A DNA stretch of 64,000 nt from Selaginella moellendorffii (GCF_000143415.4 NW_003314261.1:2801266-2865265), one strand, 5' to 3'; positions 40,401 through 52,775 are shown, counted from the first letter of the stretch. Made by a program: numbers and translations. Notes: generated by a model not told the origin, from the letters alone.

Positions 40401-40774
40401 TTGTAACATCACATTGAGCTAAATTCCACCTCTATGCTTCGAAATCACAGGCTACCAGTGCCACCCGTGTAAGTGTGCTGGCCAAGTCAATAATCGTAAT
40501 GCTGTACACCTATGGAGGTGGATGATTCAAGGTTGATTTGAAAACCTTTCCAGGGGCTTACTATAAAATAGCTTCCAGTCTCCAAAAGGTTTCCCTTAAT
40601 TTAGTGTTGTAGAACTTGCTCATTGAAAGCGTGGTAGTGAAACATTGTGACAAAAACCCTTAGAATTTATTTTAGAGATTTTTGTGTTTATATGCAAAAG
40701 ATCTAAAAGTTCACTCCATGTATGGACAAGAAACACCTAAAAATACCAAAGCTCCAAAGCTTTGACACACAAAC

Positions 40775-40880
40775 ATTCTTCCAAGTGATTAGCAATGGAA
40801 AATACAAAAGCTTGGAGCATAGAGCTATTGCATGATCATAATTTCAGCAGTCATCTGTGGGTTTGAAAACCTTTCCAAGG
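40775..40880 (+). pseudogene. Decayed duplicate fragment of the dioxygenase last exon and 3' flank
   Basis: ttcttccaagtgattagcaatggaaaatacaaaagcttggagcatagagc..atttcagcagtcat matches ~40152-40240, with a broken splice acceptor and a deletion. Confidence 0.7.
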
Positions 40881-41028
40881 ATCAATACAATTACATCTTT
40901 CATTCTGGACCAAAAGGCCTCCCTTTTGATCTAATGAATTTAGAACATTACATTGTTATAATCGAATCTAAAACTTAGAGCCAAAAGTGGCTAGTATATA
41001 AACCTTACAGCAGCCATACTAATTTCTT

Positions 41029-41958
41029 ATGGCAGTGTATGGCATTTTGGGATGCTTTCTACTTATAATTACCACAGCTGTTGGATTCACGTTCAAGGGC
41101 TCTGACTATGTTCTCGTTGAAGTGGTGTTCAATCGGACTCTGGACATCATACTTGAGCGGCTAAATCGAATAAACGATAATGTTATGATCCAAATTGGTT
41201 CGAGAGCACTCGAAGATGTTGCAGGGGTTGCCTCTCAACGTCTCCATTGGGCTTGTGGTCGGTATGGCAATGATCTCTATGCTGGCGGACAAGGATGCTC
41301 TTCGGGCTCCTTCTCACATATCACAGGCTACATGTTCAAGCTCCAAATTGGTGCACTCATTGAAAGGGTGAGAGCTCAATTCTCAAGCATCAGGAGGTCG
41401 GGTTTATACCCACGTAGATTTGAGGCCCATCTTGGTAAAGACGTCTTTGAATATATTTATACACCATTGCAAACACCACCGCCCCCACCGCCATGGGGAT
41501 ATCAGCTAGACTCACTGTCCCATAAACAGGAGCTAGAAAGAAACATCGAAACATCCATGGGATTAGTAGCACCTACAGATTGCTGGGTTGCAGGGTTTGA
41601 ACTGGAGAGCAGTAGTCCATTCAACTCAAGGCTATCGAAGGGTGGCTCGCTTTTGTCTCATGACAGGCATTATGCTTTCCATGTGACAAGTGCATGTAAC
41701 CTGATTTTCTTTGAGCTAGGGGAAGATGGTGTTAAGTTTGTGTGGGCGACTGGAACACTTGCTCTGGACTGTGTTCTTAGTCTTTCTTTCGAGGGAGTGC
41801 TTGGGCTGTTTGATAAGAATGATTTTCTCTTGTGGTCTACTCCTAGGCAATGCTCACAGCCTTGCCTCTTGAGCTCGTCTTTGGTCATCCAGAGGGATGG
41901 AAACGTTGTCTTGTATTCTAATGCAAAAGCCACATGGGATACAGGAACTAATAAATAA
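41029..41958 (+). CDS. Secreted intronless chimeric protein: signal peptide, unknown domain, poly-Pro linker, bulb-type (GNA) lectin domain
   Basis: 309-aa ORF, hydrophobic N-terminus, PPPPPP, CNL..VWATGT and LVIQRDGNVVLY (QxDxNxVxY); TATATAAA ~34 bp upstream of the ATG. Confidence 0.8.
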   Translation: MAVYGILGCFLLIITTAVGFTFKGSDYVLVEVVFNRTLDIILERLNRINDNVMIQIGSRALEDVAGVASQRLHWACGRYGNDLYAGGQGCSSGSFSHITGYMFKLQIGALIERVRAQFSSIRRSGLYPRRFEAHLGKDVFEYIYTPLQTPPPPPPWGYQLDSLSHKQELERNIETSMGLVAPTDCWVAGFELESSSPFNSRLSKGGSLLSHDRHYAFHVTSACNLIFFELGEDGVKFVWATGTLALDCVLSLSFEGVLGLFDKNDFLLWSTPRQCSQPCLLSSSLVIQRDGNVVLYSNAKATWDTGTNK

Positions 41959-42242
41959 TCCCACTACAAATCATCTAAATAAAGACAAATAAACTTTCCA
42001 AAAGACAAAATAATAATGCTTTCAAGTGAAAAATAGCCAAAAGACGCTTAAATCATTCTTTGCGAGAGATATACTTTTGTCTATGTAGTGTGTAATTCTT
42101 CCAAAATTAAGATCCATGTCAGCGATAGCCGCAAGCATGTCGCGTTGGAATGCGATAACTTTGCATTAAAAGTTCGTCTAAAGCGGCAAATTTGTCGCAT
42201 GAAAAGAAAATTCTACAAAAAAAAAGAGAGATATTGTACACG

Positions 42243-44840
42243 TCAATTGAAGAGGAACACATTGCCTTTTGCGGGAAGGTATAATGTGTTGAGGCAGATG
42301 CACGAGAGAGCATGGACAACTTCGGCATCCACGCCCTCCACGAAACCTCGCTTCCTCATGTGATCCGAGGTAGCGCGCTTGGCATACAAGCTCTCCACGC
42401 GAACCCGATCCCTGGCTCCATGAAAGAGCTTGAGAACTTTAGCGTACATTGTGCGAGAAATGAGAGTCTGAAAGAGAGAAGCAGTGTAAGTAAGCGCAAG
42501 GCTTCCTTGATCAAACTTTTTCTTTCTCTCTTACCCCGTAAGTTGATGGCTCGTTCTCCGGATTGCCGTGCATCTTCTGCAAGCCCGAGACAGCGTCCTC
42601 GATTATATGAAGTGCCTCGGCGACTATGGTGTTGTTGTCATCCACGCCGATGGATCGCTCCATGTAAGCTTCGTTGATGGTCATCTCCCCTTGCCTCAGC
42701 TTCTCTTCGAACCTGGCGAGATCCTTAAGTGCGTAGTTCATGTTTTGATGGCGTATGGCCAGCAGCGCAGCCGTGGCTCCAAGGTGGCTTCTTTTCTCGT
42801 CCAGAGCAAGGTGAAAGGCTAATAACGCGACCCTGTGACCGAGAAAATACCAAAAATTATGCTCTAGTTAGAACTAGCATACCACAGAGTTGTGTGACAG
42901 GGCTTGTCTGGTGTGGAAAACTTGTCGAGAATCGTGAGAAGGTCCTATAGCGCTTTGAAAGTTTAGAGGACGCAAAAAATGAAACATTCAACTTTTGTAC
43001 CGTGAGTAGATTTTTACGTGGTTTGCTCGATCTTTTAAGCTTGCATCGCGCAAAGTAGGATGCCTGACAGGAAAGAGTCAGTACTCGGAAACAACGAAAA
43101 AACATTGGTTACCTGCACAGGGAGCATTACATCAAGGTAGTCATACTTCCAAAGTAGTCGGATTGAAGCGGCTGCTGCACCATAAGCCATCATTGTATTG
43201 AGTTCTTGCATGAGTCTAGCCTGAAAAGTTCCATTTATTCGGCATTTTGGAAAACAAGAACATAAAATTTCTACCTGATTCACAGCCATTAGAGAAGACT
43301 TGAACGCTTTGACAGCTTGTGATGTATCCCGACTAAAACGAAAGCCAAGTCGGGCTGCTATCCTCACTCCGCGGAGCAGCCTAGCTGCAAAAACACATTG
43401 AAGCTCAGAAGCCACGGATTAGCGATAGTAGAGGTTTACCAGGATCTTCAGCAAACGATTCGTCAGGAGGAATGATAGTCCGGACCTTTAAAGCAAACAA
43501 GATGAGAATAATTTTTTTTTTTGAGAAAGGCTAGACCGACTACCTTCTTTTTTTCCAGGTCAGGAAGACCTCCAACGTAATCGAAAAGAGTCCGCTCGAA
43601 CGGGTCATACATAAAACTGGAAAAGTAAAATAATATAATAATAATTTTTTTTGTTGAAAAACACATTGTAAACACATACCCGTTTATGGTAAAATCTCGG
43701 CTCATTGTGTTCTCACATCGAAACAAGTCCTCCTTGCTAAAGAAGTCCTTCATAATGTTTCTGGGTTTTCTCCTACCTACGCTAGAAACAGTGTGAAAGC
43801 TCGACACCTATGGCAGCGCAAAACGAATGCCAGTAAAAGAACAGAAAAACCAGGTAGTGACTTTTACCTCAATCGTGTGGCCAAAACAAGTTACATGGCA
43901 TACAGGAAAGTGTCTACCGACGATCATGGAACGAGAAAAACTTTTCTTGACCTGCAAGAACGAGTCAGCCCTGAATACTTTCGAGGGGCGATTCTTTACC
44001 TCGTCAAGATTGGCTGTGGTAATAATATCGTAATCTTTTGGAGCCTGCTTTAGCAGAGAATCTCTTACGCAGCCTCCAACAAGGTAGACACCATAGCCTG
44101 CTCACACTTTGATGCATCAGAAGGTAAGTCTTTCCAACGCTCGACTTCTACCTCTGTCCTTAAGCCGCTGTAAAACACTCCACGCACTTTGGGGAATGTT
44201 ACCATGATAGATGCCACACTCGGCGCCTGTTAACTTCTTCCACTTGGGATTTGCAGCACTGTCTGCAAAGAAACGTAACAAACAAAGAATTCAATCAAAA
44301 ACTTCGAGCAGATACGAGGAAGAACGACTGGAAAACCAGAAAGTTTTTACACTAGTGACATGAAATCACCTGCAAGGACCGCGGCAAGACAAAGAGGCAG
44401 ACTTGTGAGGACAACCATTTTTTCCTCCTTCTACACAACTACAAACTTAAAGCAAGTTCTCTGCCAAGAACATGGAAGACAAAGTTAAGGAAGTAATCCA
44501 CACCACATTTTCGACACCAGGAATCCAAGTAATAAGAAAAAAAATCTAAAATGCGAACCTTCATCGTCTGTGGCGTCTTCATCATCTCCATCGATAGCTA
44601 CTGGCAATGGCAGCGGCGCTGCTTCCACAGGTCTCACAGTCCCAAACGCTGGATCTCTCTCCACGTCAATCAGCGGCACTATCTACAATGGCGCTTTAGC
44701 AGCGTGTAGCGATGAGATAAGGCGCCACTAACCTGATCTTTAGCCGCGGCGGACAATGTAGAGAGCAATGCGGCGTAGGACGAGCGCAGCGACAAGATTA
44801 GTGACGAGCGCTTCGGCCTGATGAGTCCCGGCAGGGCCAT
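42243..44840 (-). CDS. Organellar class II nucleotidyltransferase (bacterial PAP I / CCA-adding family); multi-exon
   Basis: Transit-peptide-like N-terminus; YLVGGCVRD..PKDYDI, RDFTING, DYVGGL, FAEDP, RLLRGVRIAARLGF. Confidence 0.85.
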
Positions 44841-44942
44841 TCTCCCGCCGCGAGCCCCTAGTCCCCCATTCCTCGAGCTCCAAAGCCCTAGAATAACCCT
44901 TAAACCCTAAACCTCAGGCGAGAATATGCTTCTTGTTTTAAA

Positions 44943-46354
44943 TCAGAGGCCTTTGTTATAGTACACTTCGGAGACTCTGCAGTTCCAGAGCGATGGCTCC
45001 AGGCTCGCCACATCCACCGAGGCTTTTTGCTTGAAAATTCCAAACGAGAGAGGAACGCCCGCTTGGATCGACAATGCGATCATACCCATCAGTGCCGGCG
45101 TCTTGAGATACGAGTGCCGCAAAAAGAATCTCGTTCTTTCCAATCTGCAGTGAAAAAGCTTTAGTTTGATCGATCTTGAGAGGAAGATAACTAATTTCTC
45201 ACGAAGCGAACAACGATCTAGCAGCAGCAGAAGCCATGAATCCATCGAGCAAGCCAAGCTAAAAAGGAGAAGTTACAGTACCTGTGCATCACAAGAGGTG
45301 GGAGGAGGAGAACTGGAGCAGCGGCACTGACACGGGCAAGTATGCAAGCACTGACTGCCATGGCTCCAGCTCGTCGGCTCTCCCCAACTTCCTCGCCCTT
45401 CTCATCGTAGACTTTGATCCCCTGGAGGAACTCGTCCCTGCGAGTGATTCCCAGGTTGAGCACATCGGCCGCTGCCACTGCACAAAAGGGGATAAGCTTT
45501 CGAGCTAACCGCGTCCTGAAAAGAGGGAAAGTTAGAACGAACGATTTTGGAACTCGCAAACCTCTTGACGATTCTTTGAGCCTTGAAACTCGTGACAGAA
45601 ACCATGAAGAGCTCAAGACAAACAATAAACTATGCGGACAAAAAAGAAGAAGCCGACAACAAGAATGACGCTTCTCGGAGGAAAGGACTTGCTAAGCATG
45701 AAAATCTCGCAGTTCTAGCAATGAACAAACCGAGGAAAGAAGAAGGAAGAAAAAAAAAAAGAAAAGAAAACCAGCGTACCAGGGAGCTCGATCCAGAAAG
45801 AGCTTTGAGGCCGAAAGTATCTATAAGATCGATCCTCAAGGAAGGCAAGATAGAAAAGAAGATGGACGAAGGACTCACCATGGTCTGCCCTGGGGAGCTC
45901 GATCGAGCAGCGCATTGAGGCCAACGGCGGCGCCAACAGAGCTGGCGGTAGCGCCCAGGTACGCCTGGAAGATCTTCTCCATGCTCTCGGCATTAGAGGC
46001 GTTCCTATTTGCGTAGTAGTGGAGGCAGTTGTACGTTTGATTGAGCCACTGCGCCCCAACGTTCTGGGAGAATCCCCGCGCGGACAGCATCAGGGTGTCG
46101 AGGACGAGATTGCAAGGGATAATGAAGGAGAGGCGGAGCGGGAGGAAGATCTTCTCGCCGGTGTCGGGATGAATGACGGCCTCCTTGATCTTGCGCGCCC
46201 TATCAAGCTTCTCCGCCGATATTTCGCCGCCCTGCTCGTGCTGCTCGAGGAGATCGAGAGCAGCGTCTACCTGCGCGCTCGTCACGAACGCCGTGCGGAT
46301 GTCCATCATGTTGAAAATCCGTTGGACGCGCGACCAGTAGGAGCTCTCGTCCAT
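44943..46354 (-). CDS. SFXN: Sideroflexin (SFXN/Fsf1) mitochondrial inner-membrane transporter; spliced
   Basis: SSYWSRV, HPDTGEKIFLPLRLS, QWLNQTYN..YANRNAS, IPFCAVAAA, C-terminal YYNKGL*. Confidence 0.9.
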
Positions 46355-46451
46355 CGCCGCCGGCGAGAGAGAGAAGCGTGACGAAGAACCCTAAAAGCAG
46401 GGCTTTTCTGCCACGTCGGACAGGGTTTTAGCTTAGGGTTAGGGTGTGGCA
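46355..46451. promoter_or_regulatory. 97-bp bidirectional promoter region (SFXN/OXA1) with telo-boxes and an ACGT box
   Basis: Head-to-head ATGs; AACCCTAA at 46387, GCCACGTC ~46410, TTAGGGTTAGGG 46433-46444. Confidence 0.6.
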
Positions 46452-48150
46452 ATGGCCGCGCGACGAGCTCTCCGGAAGCTCGGAGGGGGAGCTTCCAGTC
46501 TCTTCGCCGATTGCCACACATCACATTCTTCCGGGCAACGATCCTGGTCCAGGTTTCACGAATTCGCGAGGGCGGATTATCACTTCGCCGCGCACAGGGA
46601 TGAATCATCGCGGCGGGATCAGGGGCATTTCCCGCTGGATGCCAGGAGCATCGCGATGTTTGGGAATTCCAGGATTCTGGGCAAGGCTGTTGCTGCTGCT
46701 GGCCTTGGCGGCGGCCATTCCGTTCGATTTTGTAGCTCGATGAGTGAGAGTGCGGCGGAGAGCATTCGATTTCCGGAGACGCTGGCGGATGCCGCGCAGG
46801 AAATCGTGTCCGGCGCCGCTGGTGCCACTTACGATCTTAGCAAAGAGATCGTTTTGGCGGTGTCCGAGTCTTTCCCCTGGACAGCGGCAGTGCAGTACGT
46901 TATATACGCGACTCACGTTGTTACAGGTCTTCCTTGGTAAGAAATTCTTCAGATTGGTTTTCTAGCTCTAAGATTCTCTCTTCTTTGGTTTTTTCCTTGT
47001 GAGGTGGTTGTCCATAGCTCTCACGACGGTCGCCGTTCGTACTATGGTTCTTCCACTGGTTATCTATCAAGTGAAATCTACGGCAAGGTTTGCGGTAAGT
47101 TCTCGTGAGTTTTCTGAGAAAGATTTGGTCTTGAGACTTTGCTTTTCCTCCTAGCTGTTGAGACCAGATCTCGAGAAGATCAAAGTTGATATGGAACAAG
47201 CTGTAAGTATGCACACATTATCTATCTCCCAAGTTTTCAACTTTGTTGCTTGTATCAGAACTATGATCCTGTCGCTTTGGCCGAGAACAAGAGGAAAATG
47301 GCTGAGCTCTTTGCAAAGTATGTCTTTTTAGTCTTGTTTTCAAGACACAGCGGGTTACATTTTCTTACAGACACAAAACTGATCCTTTTACTCCTCTTAT
47401 CGGCGCGCTGCTTCAAGGACCTATCTTCATGTGCTTCTTTTTTGGGGTGCGTAGTCCCAATCTTTGTTAATTGCAAGCAACTGTGGTGATGATGGATCTT
47501 AACAGCTGCGCACAATGGCAGAAAAAATGGATTCTTTCAAAGAGGGTGGTGCGTTTTGGTTCACGGACTTGACAACTCCGGACGAACTATATATTCTGCC
47601 TTTCATTACTACTGCCACTTTCCTGATAACAGTGGAGGTATGAAGTAGTGTGTGTCTAGCTTTTGCACTTACTGGCAGACTGTGGTAGCTCAATGCTGTC
47701 GACGGAATGCAAGGACAACCGAATCAGAAGACCATGAAGAACATATTGAGAGGAATGGGAGTTTTGTTTCTGCCTCTCACTGCGCAGTTTCCGAAGGTAA
47801 TCGACAGTTTTCCTGGTATATTTTCTTACTACTTTCTGCTTCTTGACATGTAGGCTCTTTTTTGCTACTGGGTGACGTCCAACCTGTGGTCGATGCTTCA
47901 GGGTGCTTGTAAGTAGAGCTTGTTCGCTTTACTTATTGACGCCTCTCACGTCGCATTCGTTCCTTCAGTGCTGCGAAACAAGAAATTCAAAGCATATCTC
48001 GACATCCCGGACACGTCTCACTTGGGAACTCCAGCGCCGCCGCCTACAATCACCAGCTCCAAACCCCCGGCGAGAAAGGCAATCACTCCTCCACCGGGCG
48101 TAAGTTTCAATCCCGGCGACTCGAAGAAGGCAAGGCGCCTGGTCCACTGA
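46452..48150 (+). CDS. OXA1: Mitochondrial inner-membrane insertase OXA1; spliced
   Basis: Arg-rich presequence, HVVTGLPW|WLSIALTTVAVR, GGAFWFTDLTTPD, FCYWVTSNL. Confidence 0.9.
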
Positions 48151-48335
48151 GCCTACCAAAATCTCTGCGAGGTAATTTAGAGCAAGTTTTGCAGGAAACA
48201 CGAAGAACAATTAATCATAAAGTTGCTGCCACCAGTGTAAAAAAATCTGAGACAACGTTTCCATGTTCTCCAAAAGTATCAAAGCTGATACGAAAGAGAG
48301 GCTTATTCTTATTCCAAAGTTCCAAAGATCACCCT

Positions 48336-50539
48336 CTACAAACGCGCCTGGAGCGCTGGCACAAACTTGACAATGCGTCGATACGCATCCAGCGTGAGGA
48401 AATCGTCCAGATCCTCCTTGGTGCACTGCCTCGCAAACAATGCCGCGGCCTCACGATATCGCCCACTCTCAAACCTCTTCTTCCCCACCTCTCTCTCGAT
48501 CCTCCCGATCTCCTCCTCCACGACTCGCCCAAATAGCTCCTTGCTCACACTGACGGCCACGATCTCGCCATCCAGCACGGCGCCATACTTGATCCACTGC
48601 CAGTTCTGGACCCGGCTAATCTCCGCCGTTGCCGCGTCCTCCATGAGATTGTAGAGCGGTACGGAGCCAGTCCCCGTGAGCCACGCGGCGAGGTACTGGA
48701 TGCCGACACGTGTGTTGTGGCGCAGGCCCTCTAGGGTTCTCACGCCGCGCGGCATTTGGAGGAGGTCGGCCTCCGTGACGTGCACGTCGTCACGCTTGAT
48801 GTGGAGCTGGTTGGCGCGCGGCATGTTGTCGTCGAAGACCTTGGTCACCAGCTCGATCAGTCCGGGATGCGCCGCCCAGGTTCCATCGTGCCCGGCCTTC
48901 ACCTCGCGGAGCTTGTCCGCGCGGACGAGCTCGAAGGCGGTGTCGTTGGCGGCGGGATCGTCGCGGATGGGGATCTGCGCGGCCTGATCGGTCGGATCGG
49001 ACAAGCGATCGATCGATACAGGCAAGTGAAAGATCGGTCAGCAAGCGAAAATATTTCGGGGAAGTGGATCCGAATGAAAGAACGATCAATCAGGCAGATA
49101 TTTCGGAGAATCACGCAAGATCGATCGATGTTTCGGGGAAGTGGACTGTAGATCGATAGCGATCAGGTCGGAGTTATCAATCAGGGAAGAATAGGCAGAT
49201 ATTTCGGAGAATCACGCAAGAAAGTGGACTGTAGATCGATCGCGATCACGGGATGAACAGGCAGATATGTCGGAGCATCACGATCGATGAGCAGCAAAAT
49301 CTAGGAAATAGGCAACAGAGATCGATGGAGGGAAAGAAATTCTGGAAGGAATGGGAGGAGAGGAGAAAATTTTGGCTTACCATTCCTCCCATGGCGTGGA
49401 CACCGCGGCGATGGCACGTCTTGATGAGCAGCTCCGTGTAGCTCTTGAGGAAGTGCTGGGTCATCCCCACCTGGAAGCGATCGGGCAGCAGTCGATCGGG
49501 GTGAGCGCGCACCGTCTTGACGAAGCTAAAGATGTAGTCCCAGCGCCCGCAATTCAATCCGGCCGAGTGCTCGCGCAGCTCGTAGAGGATCTCGTGCATC
49601 TGGAACACCGCCGGCAGCGTCTCGATCAGCACCGTCGCGCGGATGCTACCGCGCGGCGCGGCCATCCTCTCCTCGGCTCGATCAAACACGGCGTTCCACA
49701 CCGCGGCCTCGCGCGAGTGCTGCATCTTTGGGAGGTAGAAGAAGGGGCCATAGCCGTCGTGCTTGGATCGGAAGGAGGAGTGATTGTGGAAGTAGTAGAG
49801 GCCGAAATCGATGAGCGCGCCAGTGGCGGGCTCGCCATCGATCTCGATGTGGGCTTCCTGGAGGTGCCAGCCGCGGGGGCGGACGAAGAGCACCGCGGTC
49901 TTGTCATTGAGCTTGTAGTGCTTGTTCCTGGCCTTGTCCTCGAAGGAGATGGATCGATTCACAGCGTCGCAGAGATTCTTCTGGCCGCGCACGATGTTGT
50001 CCCAGGTTGGAGAGAGGGAATCCTCGAAATCGGCCTGCCAAGAAACAAGAAATTATCACTAGACAATTCGATCCAAAATCTTGCAAGAACTAGAAATTCC
50101 ACAAGAACAATAGATCATCCAAAATCTTCGCAAGAAACTCAAGAAACTCTCGAAATCCTTCGCTGCTCACCATGAAAACTTTGGCGCCCGAGTTGAGGGC
50201 ATTGATGATCATCTTGCGCTCCACGGGGCCAGTGATCTCCACCCGGCGATCCGCGATCACGGCCGGCGTCTTGGAGCAGCTCCAATCGCCCTCGCGGAGC
50301 TCCCGCGTGGCTGGATCGAACCCTGGCAGCTCGCCGCTATCGTAGCGCGCTTGCTCCTCCCGCCGGCATCCCAGGTTGAATTTCACGCGCGGGCGAAACT
50401 CGCGCTCCAAATCCGCCACGAACTGGAGCGCCTCGCGGCTGAGGATCCGGTTGAGGGAGGGATCCGAGAGAGGCCCGCGGATCCGGATGCCCGCTGGCGC
50501 GTCCAGCGGAAGCGATTTGGAAGAGTAGCCATTCTCCAT
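48336..50539 (-). CDS. MLS: Glyoxysomal malate synthase; 3 exons
   Basis: [58 protein letters not shown]; C-terminal ARL peroxisomal PTS1. Confidence 0.96.
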
Positions 50540-50783
50540 GCTGTGACCAATTGATCGATCACCGATCGCTGGAAACCCTAGGATAGGGGAGAAGATACGA
50601 CGAGATACGTAGGAGGAGTGTGGACGAGCTGCGCATTATTGACATGAAATCTATACTCGGAAAGATCCGAGGTCAGAGCCTATCTTTCTAAACAGGGAAG
50701 ATGTACACTTGGCAATGGCGGCCAAGTTAATCCCGACCGCTCATTTAAAATTCCCTTGGTCAACAAATGTCAACGATCAACGG

Positions 50784-52775
50784 CTACCGGCGAAGAAGGT
50801 TTGAGACCGTCACATACGAGGCGGCATCCTGGCCGTCAACCCCAAGTGCCCACCCCGCGACGCGGGCGCCGCGCGTCGCGTCGCCGTGTGTCTTGCAAGC
50901 GCCCAACAGTACCGCCCAGGAGCTGGACAGGTCCGCCGCTGGGAGGCTCTGGATGAAGCTCTCGGCGCTGTCCAGCCATCCCGCGCGGCCCAGGAGATCC
51001 ACCACGCACCCAATGTGCTCCGCCTCGGCTTGGATCCCATAGTCGCGCCGGAACGCCACGAAGTAGTGGTAGCCGAGCTCTACCTCCCCGACGTGGCTGC
51101 ATGCCGCCAGCACGCTGACGAACGTGGCAGCACTAGGCGGTACGCCGTCAAGCTCCATCTCGCTGTACAGCTCCAGGGATTCCAGACTGTGTCCGTGCCG
51201 CGCGAGTGCCTCGATCATACAGTTCCACGACACCAGGTTCCTCCTGTGGCCCATGCCGTCGAATACCGCGCGGGCCTCGGCAATGCTGCCGCACGACGCG
51301 TACATGGCCATGACCGTGTTGGCGACGAAGGGATCCGAGTCGAGCCCCGCGGACGTGGCCCGCGCGTGGAGCGATCGCCCGTGAGCGATCCCGAGCTGGG
51401 ACGCGGCCTCGATCGCCGCCACGAATGTATACTCGTTGGGACGAACGCCCTCGAGCTCCATCCGGCGGAGCGCTGCCACAGCGTCGCTGGATCGCCCGTC
51501 AGCGGCTAGGGCCGAGATGAGCGCCGTCCACGGCACGACGCCCTTCTCCCAGATCTCGGAAAAGACGCGCCGCGCGTCATCTGTGCGGCTACACTTGGCG
51601 TAAAGCCCGAGTAGCGCGGTAAGCAGCTGGTCGTCTAGCGTGACGCCGGAGGATAGCAGCGCGCCATGGATTCGCACGGCTAGATCCGGCGGCACACCGC
51701 CAGCGGCACAGGCACTAATGATGCTCGTGAAGGTAGAGCCGTCGGGCCTGGCGGCGCCGTCCAGATTCATCGCCCAGAAGAAGCCAAGCGCTTCGTGGAT
51801 CGCTCCCGCCTGGCTGCTCACCGCGATCATCACGTTCCACATCACGGCATTCCTCTCGGGCAGTGAGTGGAAGATCTCGCGCGCGCGATCGAGCTCGCCC
51901 AGCTTGCCATACATGTTGAGCAGCGCGGCGGCGACGATGGGGCTGGATCCATGGCCGCTGGCGGCGACGGCGGCGGCGAGGCTGGCGATCCTCTGCGCCG
52001 CCACCGCGCGGTACCGCGGTGGTGGCGATCGCGGCGAGCTCGCGCACGCGTCCAGCGCGCTCACAAAGGTGACGCGGTCGGGCTTGAGACCCTCGAGCAC
52101 CATTCTCTCGTACAGCTCCATCGCAGGACCAAAACGCCCGTTCTGGGCATTTGCAGTGATGACCGCGGTCCAGCAAATGCTGTTCTTTCTCGGCATCTTT
52201 GCGAAGGCGTTTCTAGCTCGATCGACGCTACCACACTTCCCATACGCATTCACTAGCGCAGTTCCAACGACGATCTCCAGATCCAGCCCCAGCGACGCGA
52301 TTCTCGCGTGAAGCGCAATTACCGCGTCGAGGCATCGCAGCTCCGAGCACGCGACGAGGACGCTCACGAACGTAGCGGCGTTGGGCGCTACGCCGGACTG
52401 GTCCATGAAGCGCAGGAGATGGAGGGCCTCCCAGCGGCGATCCGCGCTCTCGGAGAAGGCGGCGATGAGGATCGTCCAGGAGAAGACGTTCTTGTCCGCG
52501 ATGGCGTCGAAGATCTTCCTGGACTCGTCGGGGCGGCCGCATTTGCCATACATATCGGCCAGGCAATTGGCCAGGAACCGGTCCTGGCTCAATCCGTGAA
52601 ACTTGCGGATGTGATCGTGGATGCGCTGCCCCTGCTCGAGCGCGCGATCGTCGGCGCAGCGCCGCAGCACCGCCGCGTACGTTGACGGCGCCGCCTGGCT
52701 CTTGGCGCGCTCCATCTCGTCCAAGACGCCAGAGATGCGCGCCATGGCACAGTCCTCGTCCAGGAGGCCAAGCAT
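50784..52775 (-). CDS. PLS-class pentatricopeptide repeat protein with E domain (663 aa, intronless)
   Basis: Repeated MYGKCG/WTALI/PDxxTFVSxLxAC motifs; HIGCVVDLLGRAG..LLGACKTHG. Confidence 0.92.
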   Translation of the reverse strand: MLGLLDEDCAMARISGVLDEMERAKSQAAPSTYAAVLRRCADDRALEQGQRIHDHIRKFHGLSQDRFLANCLADMYGKCGRPDESRKIFDAIADKNVFSWTILIAAFSESADRRWEALHLLRFMDQSGVAPNAATFVSVLVACSELRCLDAVIALHARIASLGLDLEIVVGTALVNAYGKCGSVDRARNAFAKMPRKNSICWTAVITANAQNGRFGPAMELYERMVLEGLKPDRVTFVSALDACASSPRSPPPRYRAVAAQRIASLAAAVAASGHGSSPIVAAALLNMYGKLGELDRAREIFHSLPERNAVMWNVMIAVSSQAGAIHEALGFFWAMNLDGAARPDGSTFTSIISACAAGGVPPDLAVRIHGALLSSGVTLDDQLLTALLGLYAKCSRTDDARRVFSEIWEKGVVPWTALISALAADGRSSDAVAALRRMELEGVRPNEYTFVAAIEAASQLGIAHGRSLHARATSAGLDSDPFVANTVMAMYASCGSIAEARAVFDGMGHRRNLVSWNCMIEALARHGHSLESLELYSEMELDGVPPSAATFVSVLAACSHVGEVELGYHYFVAFRRDYGIQAEAEHIGCVVDLLGRAGWLDSAESFIQSLPAADLSSSWAVLLGACKTHGDATRGARVAGWALGVDGQDAASYVTVSNLLRR

